Positions 1 to 12,700 of a DNA stretch of 32,916 nucleotides are shown here, in pieces. Position 1 is the first letter of the stretch. Each line of letters starts with the position of its first letter. Source of the stretch: Craspedostauros australis (taxonomy: Eukaryota); the NCBI GenBank assembly GCA_030167865.1, contig JALAGF010001461.1:1-32916 (forward strand), given 5' to 3'. The notes below the pieces were generated by a model. The model was given only the letters and a program-made list of their open reading frames with translations, was not told the origin of the DNA and ran no database searches. The position numbers and the translations under genes are program-made.

Positions 1-1793
1 TGTGGAAAATAGCAACAATGGACCCACTTTCTATTCTTTCTGAGTCGCATTTACAAAAAAACGCCGTTTTCCCTTCCCCTCCCATGGTATCGCACTTGGA
101 CGCATGTTTATGTTCAGGTCCCCTCCCGCCAAGCATCGCCACCAAACCATGACCAGACATTTCTCGAAACAATCAAGGTTGCTCCCCACAGCCGTGATGC
201 ATGGTTCGACGACTCAATGGTTGTTAGACAAAACGGAATAAAATAGATTGCCGACATTGATGTTGTTCGTGGTGCTGGTTTGCTTCTCAGCACGTCTCAC
301 GGTGCAGCCGCCGAAGACGACACCTCTCTTCGGATCCAAAAGCAGCCATCAATTTTGTGCGCAATTCGGCCGTACCTCGGCGGCGGCGTCGCCGCGACAT
401 TGCATCCACATGTAGCTATAAGCATGCTGGTATAGCGCAGTATGTCCAAGTGGTTGGCACCGTGTCACACCATACATACGCATGCACAGTTGCCAGGACT
501 TGTCGTGATGCAGAGCGCAAGTAGCCACGTTGAACGTGGCAGAAGGCCGGATCACATGATCCCCTTGACCGCTCCCCGCCTATTTCTCGATCGACGAGCG
601 TGGGATTCAGAAAATAGCATGAAACGACCGTCATCCTGGTGATTTGGCGCACGAAAGCTACTCTTCTGTCTCCAGTTCGAAGAAGGAGGAGTTCGTACGC
701 GTACCCATGATATCTACTCGTATGGTACGTCGGCCGTGGATGCCCGGTTCCCACCAAGCAGAATAGGCATTGCACAGCCACAGCAAGCCGTTCGCACAGG
801 TGACTTTTCTCCTCTTATCCTTGGTTGGGTTAAATACCATGACCGGCTTTTCAGCGCGATGGTCGGTTGCGGTGCTCCTGCCACGATAGTGACCGCCTCA
901 ACATAGCTCGTACATCATCTCTCTTTTGCATCAAAAGGCTGTGGACGCCAGGTCAGCTTTCCAGCAGGGGAGCTTTTGCCAGCATTGATCAAGCAATTTG
1001 CATGTGTGTCATCCCGTGCGTCGTTGCCCCGTGCCTCACTGCGCAGTTCGTGCATTGTGCTTGCACGGTACCTACGAGTACAGCTGTGATACGTTCACTC
1101 TTCTCCAGTAGCCTTCGAATGGCTTTTACTTCCAACAACCAGAGACTTGTGGTATGATATGATAGGATACCTACGAGCAAACGTGAAGACGAGCGCCTTT
1201 TAAAACAACTGGATCGCCAATCTCAGTAGCCAACGGGACACGATTGCAGCGCATTGCGTCTGCCTACATGCACAAGTACTTGAGTCTACATGTTCGAACC
1301 ATGGAGTCGGCATCACGACTATACTCCACCGAGGATGTGATAAAGAACGACATCTTGACCGATCCAGCCAAACAGATCCATGAGGTAGAGCACAAAATGC
1401 TGCCTTGTCCATTTGCACTTGGGTGAGTATGGAAGACTGGCACGATTCGGGTGTTCCTGTACCGCGCGTCGCGCCTACGCCATACAGTATACCTACGTAC
1501 GTACCATCGCTCGTACGAGTACACTTGCGTTCGACGATGGCAAGAGGCATCATTCAACACTCTTCAACCGCAGGGAGGCCAAGCTTTCGGCCTGCGGGCA
1601 CATCGCCCATTGGAGCACTGTATCCGACGCAAAATAGCATCGACGTTGAAGACTGTGCGATAGGTACCACATGCACTTGGGTGTACAGCTACGGAACCAT
1701 GAATAGGAAGGCTGGAAACGGAGTAATACAAGTAGTTGGGCATACGCACAAACGGGCACTCATGCATGCTCCGCAGGCTGTAGTTTTCGTTCG

Positions 1794-1840
1794 CACTACT
1801 CTACTGTACTCTACTCTACTTGACTGTACTCTGCTGTATT
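1794..1840. repeat. Degenerate pentanucleotide microsatellite (CTACT/CTGTA-like)
   Basis: cactactctactgtactctactctacttgactgtactctgctgtatt, lying just downstream of the 2038-2832 gene. Confidence 0.7.
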
Positions 1841-2037
1841 CTTCCCAATACATTGTATTCTATTCCCCAGTATCATCCTACAGTCAGCTAGCTGCTACAT
1901 TCCCATGAACGTTACACAGAATACAGCAATCGAGACATTCACTGCTTTGCGTTGGCAACTCATCATACTGTGTTATGTTCTACAATGCGAATGTCCCCGT
2001 GCTGTAGAATATAGGAGAGTAAGCTGGAACAATATGT

Positions 2038-2832
2038 TCAAGCGCAGCGTGCCACTACAGTCTCCTTGCACGCCAACGTATTTGATGCCACTTTTACTCG
2101 CGGCTCCTTATGTTTTGCTCCAGGCGACGGTGACGGCAACGACGAGGACGGAGGATGGCGTGCACTTGTGAATGATGCATGATGTTGCTGATTTGCAGGC
2201 GCAGCGGTCATAAATTGGCAGCCTGCCTCGATTTCATTGTCTCTCTTTCGCATGGTCGACGGCGCAGAATCTAAGGGCGAGTTGTTATGGTATTCGCTGT
2301 ACACTTCGCCTTGAGTTGACGCTGATGCCCTGAGTGTGCCTGCATACTTCGGGCCGTAGCACCGTTCTGCGATCTTGGCGTCGGCAGCACCTATCAGCGA
2401 TGCTTGTTGTTGGCAGTGAAGCGAAACAGAAGAGTACACGCCGATCATGATGCCTGCCTCATCTCCCATCACCATGTCAGTTTGGTTGCTCGTGAACACT
2501 GCGACGGAGGCAAATTCCCGAACGCGCCGTAGTTGGAACCGCCGTTGCCCCACCAATTTCTCCAGCCCTCGTGTGCAATAACCATTCGCCTTGCCCGCCT
2601 CCATCTTTCGAAGCAGGTTGATTGTCTTGCCGTTGATAGTCTCGTACTCGAGGGGCTGATACCATGTTTGGCTCAGCTCTTGTGATGTGTATTGGTGGAG
2701 AGGGATTGTCCACTGCGTCTGGTGAGTGTCACCAAAGCGTACTTTTCTGCACCCTTTGGTTTTACTCTTTGTGATGCTGGCGCTGTTTCTGTCGCTAGCG
2801 CTGTTTTCGTTCGAGGCCGTTCCAGCGTCCAT
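2038..2832 (-). CDS. Uncharacterised diatom-type 'CxRGLE' family protein (264 aa) with an RVxF (PP1-docking-like) motif
   Basis: ATG-initiated ORF. Its core RKVRF-x-IPLHQYTSQELSQTWY-x-YCTRGLEKL aligns by eye with the paralog at 7132-8058 (RSVHF...LQDYTEKEIEDCWF...YCTRGLEKL, then AxxDAxxx). This layout matches a family I recognise from diatom proteomes. Confidence 0.8.
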   Translation of the reverse strand: MDAGTASNENSASDRNSASITKSKTKGCRKVRFGDTHQTQWTIPLHQYTSQELSQTWYQPLEYETINGKTINLLRKMEAGKANGYCTRGLEKLVGQRRFQLRRVREFASVAVFTSNQTDMVMGDEAGIMIGVYSSVSLHCQQQASLIGAADAKIAERCYGPKYAGTLRASASTQGEVYSEYHNNSPLDSAPSTMRKRDNEIEAGCQFMTAAPANQQHHASFTSARHPPSSSLPSPSPGAKHKEPRVKVASNTLACKETVVARCA

Positions 2833-5800
2833 CTTCTCCTTGAATCTCTGTGCCGATGCAGATTCGTGAGCGGGTTGGCAAATATTGGTGTCCGTTCTTG
2901 CTGGAGTGAGTTATGTTGATGCCCAGAGAAGACGGAGCGAGATTGTTGATTGTTTTCGCTGTGACCTATTTTATGAATGCACCATACGAGTACGAGCATG
3001 GGAGAGGAGGTCAACGTCGCAGGTTGTGGATTTTGTGAGGAATGTTTCGGAGGTTCCAGCTCGGATCCTTGCTCTTCCTGATCGCAGTACCGATGTGCGA
3101 CCCCACTCTTGTGTATCCATGTATTCTATGTACAGTGCAGCATACTGTAGCGTGTTCTGTGCCGTGTGGTATCGGGTGCCATTTTAGGTGCGTGTCACGC
3201 ATGTTGGCATCGCGCTGATTTGCTTTCTATTTGGTCTGCATGCTCTATGGAGAGGAGGATCATGTGTTGTAGGGGGTGGTGGTTTGCTCCCATTGTTGCC
3301 GTTTCTCTCTCGAGGAGGATGAAATTGTGAGGGGCGCTGCGTGAAGAACGTCTACAGGCATTCCACTCTGCGAAGAATAACGATTCGGCATCGCATTTCT
3401 TATCGTAATTCCAAAAACTCAACCACGTCATGTCACGACTTCTCATCCAAAGAGGAAAATATATTCCATCTCCCCACTCATGTTCCTTTCCATGTTGTCT
3501 CCATCTTGTTGGTATCATACCGTGTGTCGCCTTTGTCTCCAGCTGCGGCGTGCAGAACACAATACTCCATGTACTTCGCCCTTCTACCAACTGTGAATCG
3601 ACTCCTCCTTGTTTCACCAGCCGGAAGCCTTTGCCACTTGGCACGTAGATCATAGATCGTACTCGTCCATACCGCAGCTTGTGGTTACGCGTTCGAGTTG
3701 GAGTCTACTCCGCAGATTCGTCTTTGACTCGCTTTGTTGCGACCAGAAGGATGGAGGCAGAGCCATCAGAGGCATCACTATCCTGCGAATACGTGTGTGA
3801 ATGGTGCGTTCACGTGCATTGGCGCCAATCTGCGACCGTGTCGTGGCGCCTTCCGCATTCTGCTGTCCGCGGCGTGGCGTCACGTCACGTGACATTGATG
3901 GCGAGGTCGGTGAAGTCTGGCAACGCCGAAGACGTTGCACACTCGTGCGCATTGCCGAGTCGGCATCCCTTCTCTCCTTGGGTGAGTTCGCTGGTTTCTG
4001 TCCCAGAGGTCCACCGCTGCCGCTTTTTTCGTTCCATCCCAGGGAGCTGTGCACCTGGGCAATCCTCAAGAGTACTTTTATAGTTCGAACAATGAGCAGT
4101 AGCATCCTCTTCTCTGGACGAAACTTGACGTGATACGAATTCAGCGTGCGGTGTACGCACGACTACAGCAGCAATACTTGGTCTGTGGTCCAGCGGTGTT
4201 GCGTTCGAACGTTGTTGGAATCCATTTTCCACTCTCGTGAAACTGTGTGGCACCCTACTCGGACGAGTCAATAGAGCATGGCACCAGGGCGTTTTCACGC
4301 CGTGTCATGCGCATGCGCCATGTTTCCAGTACCTCCCCGCACGCCAAGGGCCGAATGAATCACTAAATACTCGTTGCTTCAGTTTGCTTGATCGAGGGAT
4401 ACCGTACGAGTCGGTGTGTTAGGTCCTGTCTCCTCTCTCTTTGTTTTGGGTTGACTTTTGCAGCCGAAGCGTTTTCCCGGGACTTGTGATGAAGTCCATC
4501 GTTTGGTCGGACTTTTGGCGATCCCTTTGGACATGCAAGGCTGCAAAGTTGCACTTCGTGCTCATTCTCACGCTGGGCCTCTTGGTCGACCTGTGCTGGC
4601 ATTGAGTGGTGCCTGGAGCATAGCGAAGATGGCGAAGTGATCGTATGATGCGATCATGTGACAAAGGATGCTCAATGTTCCATCGGAGCTCGTCGCGCAT
4701 GCTGTTTCCTGACAGTACTGGTACGAATTGGATATGATGCTCATGGACACACAGGCGCCCATGGCGTGAAGCTGACATCAGAACCAGCGTGATCCATCAT
4801 GCGCATGGCCTCGACTTCGTGTGTTGTTTTCGTGCCAGCCCTTTTCGCGTTTTACGATCGTCGCGGCCCCATGGATCTTGGTCTCGCATTCGCAAGATCT
4901 TCGCTCGGAGTATGTTCTGTTGGGGCACGGGGTGGAGAAGCAGGAAGGTACGCATCGGTCGTATAATAGTATTATATGCCACTCCTGTGATGCCATATTC
5001 CACGTGCTCGCCATCCAAGTCGATTGCGAAGCGACAGTCCGCTGTTGGGACGAGCTATTGTAGTATACAAATAGTCCTTCTCTGCATAACGGCGGAGTGT
5101 CCGGGTTTGTTTGTGTTTGTTTGCTCTTCGTTGCGAGCGATTTGTTGTGTTCTTTTGCTGTGCGCTTGTAGGTATGATGTTTGCTGTGTGGGGAGTTTGT
5201 TCCTGTCGATTCTTGTCACTTTTGGCGCCAAAGTCGTGTCAGGTTTCGACTGTTGCCCTTTGTTTGACCGAATCGATTAAGTCATGTTCCGAAACGTTAT
5301 TTACCGTTATATATCGTGTAGAACCATCTATCGTTCACAATTTCAGACACGCATAGCGCAGTGGCGAACAGAAACAAGGGTCGATGCGAAGTCGATGACA
5401 ATATTTGTGGTCGTACAACTGTCGACAGATTCAACCAAGACGAACAAACGCCAAACATCCCGACCCCTCCCATGACATCCAACCAAGCTTCTCCGTCCAT
5501 GGGCATGGTCGCTCCTTGCGACAAATAGATAGATGCGAATAGACGCGAAATCTTGTCTCGTCCCGACAGCACTTGCCTGCCCTGCGTGAAAGCTTGCAGC
5601 CGATGGGGATAGGATCTGGCTGGATGCAATGTGCTCTCCGTGGGTGGGGAGTTTACGAAGCCTTGCCGAACAGAACACTCTGCGGAGAACGTACCTCTCG
5701 CTGGCGCTCCTGTTGTCCTCTCCGCACCACGCGCCACATGCTTTGATGACTGCGAAATGGGCATGCGACCACGTCCTCGAATCATTCTATTTGCAGTTGT

Positions 5801-7131
5801 GGCTCATACCACCTACAAAAGTTTCAGGCACTCCTGTGGGCAGGGGTGTGAGACGTTTGCTGTTGCTCCCAGCAGTGCGGGCGCACAGAGTAGAGTACTC
5901 AACCTATTGTGTTTGCAACTCATTCCGCCAGTGGGACAATACAAGTGCCGCGCTGACTATGTCTGACACAATCCTGACACAACACACGTGCGAAGCGCAT
6001 GACGAAATCTCATTTTCATGGAAAGGATACAGAACAGGAGAAGGTGACATTTCGCCGAAGAAAATGGCCCATAGTCGTACGCGTTGCATTGTCTGATGAG
6101 CTTCACGAACTCAAGACACCGTGGAGTGGCCTTGGATCGCCGCACATCACGTCCTGCACGGTGATACTTATGACAAGGGCTTCTGTGATAGTCCCTCACG
6201 AGGCTTATGTACGGACGCATTTCGAAGCAAGTGGTGGCTTGTGTTGTGAAGTCGCCACATTTTTGCCGCCCAGCAAAGGCAATCTTTTGAGCCAGATCCC
6301 GGTCAATGGAGCTGACAGAGGGTTGTGGTTCCCCTCGTCCACAGGGTACTTGCATCCTGCGGCAATTCAAAGCTGCTTCGCGCGTTGTGATTGCCTCGGT
6401 TTGTCCCGCCACAGCCTGCGGGTCTCATCATCTCATGGATGCGACTGGAGCGATTCTCCTCGTCTTCAACCTGCGTCTCGTTGTGTCCGACACTGGCGCC
6501 AACCGCGACAGAACATGGTGGGAAGTGATGATGTTTCGATGCAAAGTCCGCAATAAAAACGGTCGATCTGTTCTTCGTTGGGCAGCCGATTCTTCCTTGC
6601 TTGTTGCCCCAGCTCTCATTCAGCAGAGTATCCAGACATGCGCGGAAAGTGGAACACTCGCGTGTCTCGTACCTCGGTCGTAGAACGACATTGGCTGATT
6701 GTGGACATCCTCGTTCTTTGGTATGGCGTGCTCGGAACCCACGCAGAGGGCATGCCGCTTCGATCATCCACGAACATGACACAGCAACGCAGGGTACTCG
6801 TGCGCTCTGGTGTGGTGCCATACATACTGATACAAAAATGTTCGTATGTATGATATCATACATGCGTCACATCACGATCACAATTGAGCCTCCTTGTGTG
6901 CTCACACGCTGCCACACATTTCCAACCATCGGGGAACGCGGAGTCCTCGCTAGAGCGTGGTATTCGTACGGTTTGATGCGGTAACCAACCGTGAAGATAT
7001 CCTCAATCGATCATAAAATCACAAACACCAGTAGGGACAACAGAAGCAGCGCTGGACGAAGCAGCGTATCCATAGCAACTCTCAACTGATCTCTCCACGC
7101 ACAACTACATATACTATAATACTATACGATA

Positions 7132-8058
7132 ATGATGCCAAACATGAAGGTGGGGATCCGACGAAGGCGCCCAAAGCAGCAAAAGTCGCAGAAGCAACAA
7201 CGGCGTCATGCCTTGAGCTTGAACGCTGCGATCGTCTCGAACGTCCCGAAGTGTAGACCGGCTTTGCCAGCCTCCTCATCGCATTCTGCACCAACAGCGC
7301 CGACCAGTACGGAATCCTCCCTGCATGACGCTGATACTTACGATTTCAGCCACCACGGAGACGGAAACTGGGATGACACGTTCCATACGTCCACCGACAG
7401 CGACGACGATGATGACGACACGGTCGCGAGCACGAGCACGAGCAGCACCATTTCCATATCGGAAGTCTTCACAAGGTCCGTCCATTTCGCGCCGATGGAT
7501 AGCATCCACCCCATCGCGGGGCTGCAGGATTACACGGAAAAGGAGATCGAGGATTGCTGGTTCCAAACGGAGGACTTCGATTTGGCGCAGAGGAAGGCGA
7601 GGAAGCTGCTGTCCAAGATGCGCCACGGAACGGCGAATCAGTACTGCACGAGGGGATTGGAGAAGCTGTTCGGAGAACGATTGGAGGTCGCACGTGAGAC
7701 CCGCCGGCAAGCGTACGACGCGGTCGCAGAGGCTCAGCTTGAAGAGCGAGCATGGTTGCAACGTGCTGATGCCATTGACCACGTCATTGCCATGGGTGAT
7801 AGGGTAGCCAGAGCGTATTCAGCTGTGGCCACGGCATGCATCGAAAGAGCGAGGATCATGGCGGACAACGACGCTGCCGTTGTCAAGCCGTATCTAAGAA
7901 GGAACGGAAAGAAGAGCAGAAGCTCGAACAAGACGAAGAGGAAGGGGTCGATGGGTCCAAGGACACAACAGCAAACGCCGAGCCCTGCCAAGTCCCCGCG
8001 GGTATCCACCACGAAGCGAGGCAAAAAGGCAAAAGCCGCCAAGCAGCAGCAGCAGTAG
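7132..8058 (+). CDS. Uncharacterised diatom-type 'CxRGLE' family protein (308 aa), paralog of 2038-2832
   Basis: Long ATG ORF with GC3-rich coding bias. Contains an acidic Asp tract, RSVHF (7474-7488), YTEKEIEDCWF, YCTRGLEKL, and a Lys-rich C-terminus ending in polyQ. Confidence 0.85.
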   Translation: MMPNMKVGIRRRRPKQQKSQKQQRRHALSLNAAIVSNVPKCRPALPASSSHSAPTAPTSTESSLHDADTYDFSHHGDGNWDDTFHTSTDSDDDDDDTVASTSTSSTISISEVFTRSVHFAPMDSIHPIAGLQDYTEKEIEDCWFQTEDFDLAQRKARKLLSKMRHGTANQYCTRGLEKLFGERLEVARETRRQAYDAVAEAQLEERAWLQRADAIDHVIAMGDRVARAYSAVATACIERARIMADNDAAVVKPYLRRNGKKSRSSNKTKRKGSMGPRTQQQTPSPAKSPRVSTTKRGKKAKAAKQQQQ

Positions 8059-8698
8059 TAACAATGACAGCTGCAGCGCCACCGCCGAAGCAGGAATGCC
8101 TGTCCCAGGTACCAACGACAGTCGCGACTTCATCGAGAAGACGGGAAGTAGGGTCTGGTCTGGGCATGGCCAGGACGTGTGAGACAGCAATGGAGGGAAG
8201 CGCACATTGCACTCTGCACGAAGAGGATCGCCATGGAGATGGCAATAGATATTACAATAGACAAATCCACAATTTCTCGCACACATTGCAGGACAGCAAC
8301 CGCAATACATATGGCGGGCATGGATGCTATTGATACAACTGAAAGATCCCAAGCACGGCCCGCTGCATTCCAGCGAAGTATAGCAAGCCCGGTGGGCCTG
8401 TCGTGGTATGCTACACGAGGCCATGGCGATGATGGTAACGGGAAGGAGATGAGGACGAGAAGGGGCCGGGACGCAAAGGTTTCGCGCGGATGCAGGTCAT
8501 GGATGCTGGAAGGATAGCCTGAACGACCAAACGCAAAAGCAAAATCAGCCTCTGAACGCGAATCGTCCACGGATCGTCTGTCGACAACTCGTCGCCAGAA
8601 AACGCTAGCCTTCCCGGGTTGTGCCAAATCCACCATGGTGGAGATGATGCTTGGTGTTTACCGAAACATCGTGAAGATGAAGCCCGCGTTGCTTGTCA

Positions 8699-8749
8699 TC
8701 TCCCTCCCTCCTTCCCTCCCTCCCTCCTTCCCTCCTTCCCTTCTCTCTT
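8699..8749. repeat. Polypyrimidine (TCCC/TTCC)n tract
   Basis: tctccctccctccttccctccctccctccttccctccttcccttctctctt. Confidence 0.85.
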
Positions 8750-9735
8750 GCGTCTCCTATCCGGATCTGCGCTGTTGGCTCCCTGAAATTGCGAGGTTGT
8801 TCATTTCTCATCATTTTTCTGTTGTCCCTGAAGAAATGACGTTTGATCAAAAAGCAACCAAAATATGTGGAAAAAGTCATTTTCGGAGAGAAAACACTCC
8901 AGACGTGTTCCCAAATTGGGGATTCCTGTTGATCGTGTGATGAAAATCGTTGCAACACGAGTATTGAGAGAAGGAATATGCAGTCCACAATTGATATTTA
9001 TCGAGCGAAAACGCGCCAAAGCACAAACAGCTCACCCCGATCCTCAGAAGTATTGTGAGGTGCCAAGCTTTCCACTGTTCTGTTTCATCAATTCGAAACG
9101 TGTCATGCTAGGGATAATCATGTTGAGGAATGAAACGACACGTCCATTCGGGCACAAGATCCGACACGGACAACGCTTTCAAAAAACTAGAGGTCACAGG
9201 TGAGAGTCGATGGCTCCAACAAAACGCGCCCACGAGCAGGAACGAACCACCGAGCTGTTGGTGCGGGGGTCACCAAACGGAACCTCCGCTGTGTCGGAAG
9301 GCTGTTGTTCATGGGAGAAAGAGAGAGAGAGCCAAGAGAATCGCGAGGAGGAACACAGGAGGAGACCAGTCATCCCAGAGCACACCACCAGAGACTGCAC
9401 CAACAAAGGGCACCACCACAGTCCGACAGCAAAGTCGCATCGGCGGGGGTTGACTTCTTGTCTTGCATCATCCCATCGACAACAGACGGGTATGTCATAC
9501 TATACTATTATAGAATAGAATACATTGCATAACATTACATAAAACTGTACGACTATACCCGCACGATTACACCCCAGAAAGCCGACAAACACCACGAAGA
9601 GAAAGACGGCGAAGGCCTTCGTCTGGTTGCCCGCGTCTCACAGTTCCATAGAATAGGTCGTAGCTCGTGCGAGGAGAGACAGAGACAGAGAGCAGAGCTG
9701 AAAGAGTGGTGGAGACAGCACAACAAATTGGCACC

Positions 9736-12700
9736 ATGACGGGTTCATCGTCAGCGGAGATCATGGCGTCCCCGCAATCTGCTCTACCGCAGCACATGCA
9801 AACAAAGGCACAAACGCCGTCCTCAGGTCTCCAGAGCAACAGTCGCAACCAAAATCGGCTTCGATCCCACAGACCTTCCACCGACATGGACGTCGCAAAG
9901 CGAAGCGCATCGTTGGACGGTGCTGCGAATGCTGTTCAGCATGCTGATTACTCCGCTCGTGCCAAGGAAAGCACTCACTCGCAGGCGCAGAGGCAGGCGA
10001 AGGCAGATGATGCGGAGGCTGTGATCAGGAGAGATTCGTCGCAGGACATCATGCTTGCAAGTCTTCATGAAGGCGCAGATTTCCATCGCTCGACAAAGGA
10101 GCTATCCGGAAATGCTCGTACAATGCAAGACGATGAACGTAGACGAAAGCAGAAGCAGCTTCAGCAAACGCAACTTCAGCAACAACAACAACAACGCAAT
10201 CGGCTACAAAGACGCGCGCTGGACGAAGTGAAGCGCTCAGGCAATGGGAGCTGCAGATTCATCACGTCCCTCGAAACGCTGTCGCTGTCCACGCCGGACG
10301 CCATTCCAACATCGCATTCCGTCCAGGCCTTTGATGGGACCGTGTTCACCATCCAATCGCCAACGGATGTGCGCCTCATGGGATTCGAACTGTCGATTGC
10401 CTCCACCAGCGTGGGCACGGCGCCCAGCATTAGCATGTTCATCCGTCTGGGCGAATACGATCAAGCCATCGTCGCGGATTCCGAGGGTTGGATCCAGCTG
10501 ATTGACGATCAGGAGCTTGTGCCTGCGCCGGTGGAGTCAGACACCTACTCGATGCCCGTCTTCATAGCCCCCACCCAGAACTTCAAGTCGTTTGGCATGC
10601 AGAGAAATCGCGTGTATTCGGTCTACTTGGTCCTTTCCAGCGACGAAACGACCTCGTTACAGCTCGTGGCACCGCGCAGCCCGCTCAGCACGCCAACTGG
10701 TCCAACCATCCTGCGGCAGGACGACTACTTGCAAGTCAACACAGGCCTCGGCATCTTCGATATCGTGGACAAGACAACACCTTTCTCCAACGCGGTGGCC
10801 TCGCAGCTGCCCCTGTCTTCCGCAACCTCCATGATCGGGCGCTTTCACTACGTCACCACGCAACCCTGTAACGGACTCCGCACGCGGTCCAACATATACT
10901 GGGAATTCGCCATCGACGAGCAGAAGAGCGACAAGACGCGGCAGGAGATACTTGGGGCCATGCAGACGTCCGTGTCCAACGCCATGGGCGCCGTCATCGT
11001 GCTCAATGCCGACCTCATCCGGTACACCAAGTTCCACGGGTTGGAGAAGCAGGGGGAAGTCCGCACGCAACTGCTCATCCCGGGCACTGACGCTGGCGCG
11101 GATGGTGAGTGAATCTCTGCACTCCTTTTCATGTATTCGCCGCATGGAGCACCTGATGCATGTTCCATGGTGTGCGATTGGATGATGCAAGACCACAGAT
11201 GGGTTCTTCGTCGTCTATCATTCCATCATTTGTATCCTTCGTACGAGTGCAACAATAGAGTTCCGGTATGGATTGCATGGATGCTATGTATGTCGCGATG
11301 AGGCATGACATCATCTGATCTTCTTGTCTCACCTTCTTCTTGCGCTCTGCCTACTACCCAATGCTACTCTACATACATATGTACGAGTCCTCTGTTTCAC
11401 TCTCTCTTCTAATCTACCGGACACGTGCATGCATACATGTATATATACCCTCTTCGTCCCCTCCCTCGCGGCATGCCCCTGCAGAATACGAATGCCCGCT
11501 CACCATGCCCCAATGCTCCATCGGGATTGCCACAGTCCCTTACGACCACGCCATCTCATTGCTACCTGGCGAGCTCACCCAAACATTCTTGCAGCAGGCG
11601 GATACCATCGCCAGCAGCGTCACAGCCACCATGTCGTCCAGCTTCGCAGACACGGAGTACATCGGACATCCTCTTGCCACTGGTAAGTTCGTTGTATCCC
11701 TCGTGGGCGTCCCGTCGACGGACCAGCTCTTGAACTCTTTGCAACGCCGGTACGTGGAGCAGATCACGGCGGAGTTTTTTCAACAGTACCACAATCCCAG
11801 CGACTCCTTCAGCACCAACCTCCAACAGCGCCCCGTCGTGCTCATGGCTTCCATCACGGACGCAGTCGCCAGCGACGATACCAACTCGGCAAGCAGCAAT
11901 CGATATCTGCGAGGCACGCAACAACGCTTGTTGCAGGACGCAGCTTCGTCATCGGGGGAGTTGCAACTCGGCGTGGACATCACAGGCCTGGTCGATTCGA
12001 CCGACATCCGCGGTTTGGTGTTGCAAACCATGGAGAGCAATCCCGATGTTCTGCTGCATAAGTACTCGACGCAGTGGTATCGGCCGGGTGAGATCAACGA
12101 ATTGAATTCGGGAGAATTTTTCGGCCAGCTACAGAGCGTCTCTGTTGGACTGCAGCCTGCGGGATTCGGTCAGCCCCCGGCGACCTCGCCACCGGGCACC
12201 AGCAACGGTGGTGACAGCGGTATGGATGTGCAGGACAAATGGAAGATCGTTGCCATCGTCGGTCTCGTCGTTGGCCTGCTGTGGCTGCTGGTGCAGCTTT
12301 GGCGTGATTACATCGGTGACTTCCTGCGCGCGCACAGAATCTTGAAACCGAAGGAGCTGGAGGATTCTGCCACGACGGGCCTCATCTCGTCGTCCGACGA
12401 AGAACCTGACAGTCAGAAGCAACGTCGGATCTTCGGAATGTCGCTGCCGTCCATCCCCAGCGCCCACGCCGGTGGCGCATCGGACGATTGCAAGTCATTG
12501 GACGGCCTGGGCAAGAATTCCTCGCGAGCTCCCAAGCTGGGATCATCCAAGTCAGATCATGTCGCCAGCAAGTTGCAACGTCCGAAGAGCTTGGGAAACC
12601 TGGAGCATTTTCTGTCTGATCACACCTGTCCGTCTCCGGGGCAGCGTGATGGTGGCAGCGTCGACGGCAATAAGCCTCAAAATCGCGCTGGGCAGAATGG

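Noticed and set aside
349-1908. Short ORFs at the start of the window
   Set aside because: No recognisable domain, coding bias or consistent exon chain.
9210-9663. Upstream coding exon for gene A using donor GTATGT at 9490
   Set aside because: No canonical YAG acceptor joins an ATG-containing upstream frame to the gene A frame without a stop, and none encodes a signal peptide. At most a 5' UTR intron.
11340-11484. N-terminal part of ORF 11340-15041 (MRSAYY...) as a gene start
   Set aside because: It is intron sequence. Homology with the paralog begins only after the CAG at 11484, and the ORF begins at a non-ATG codon.
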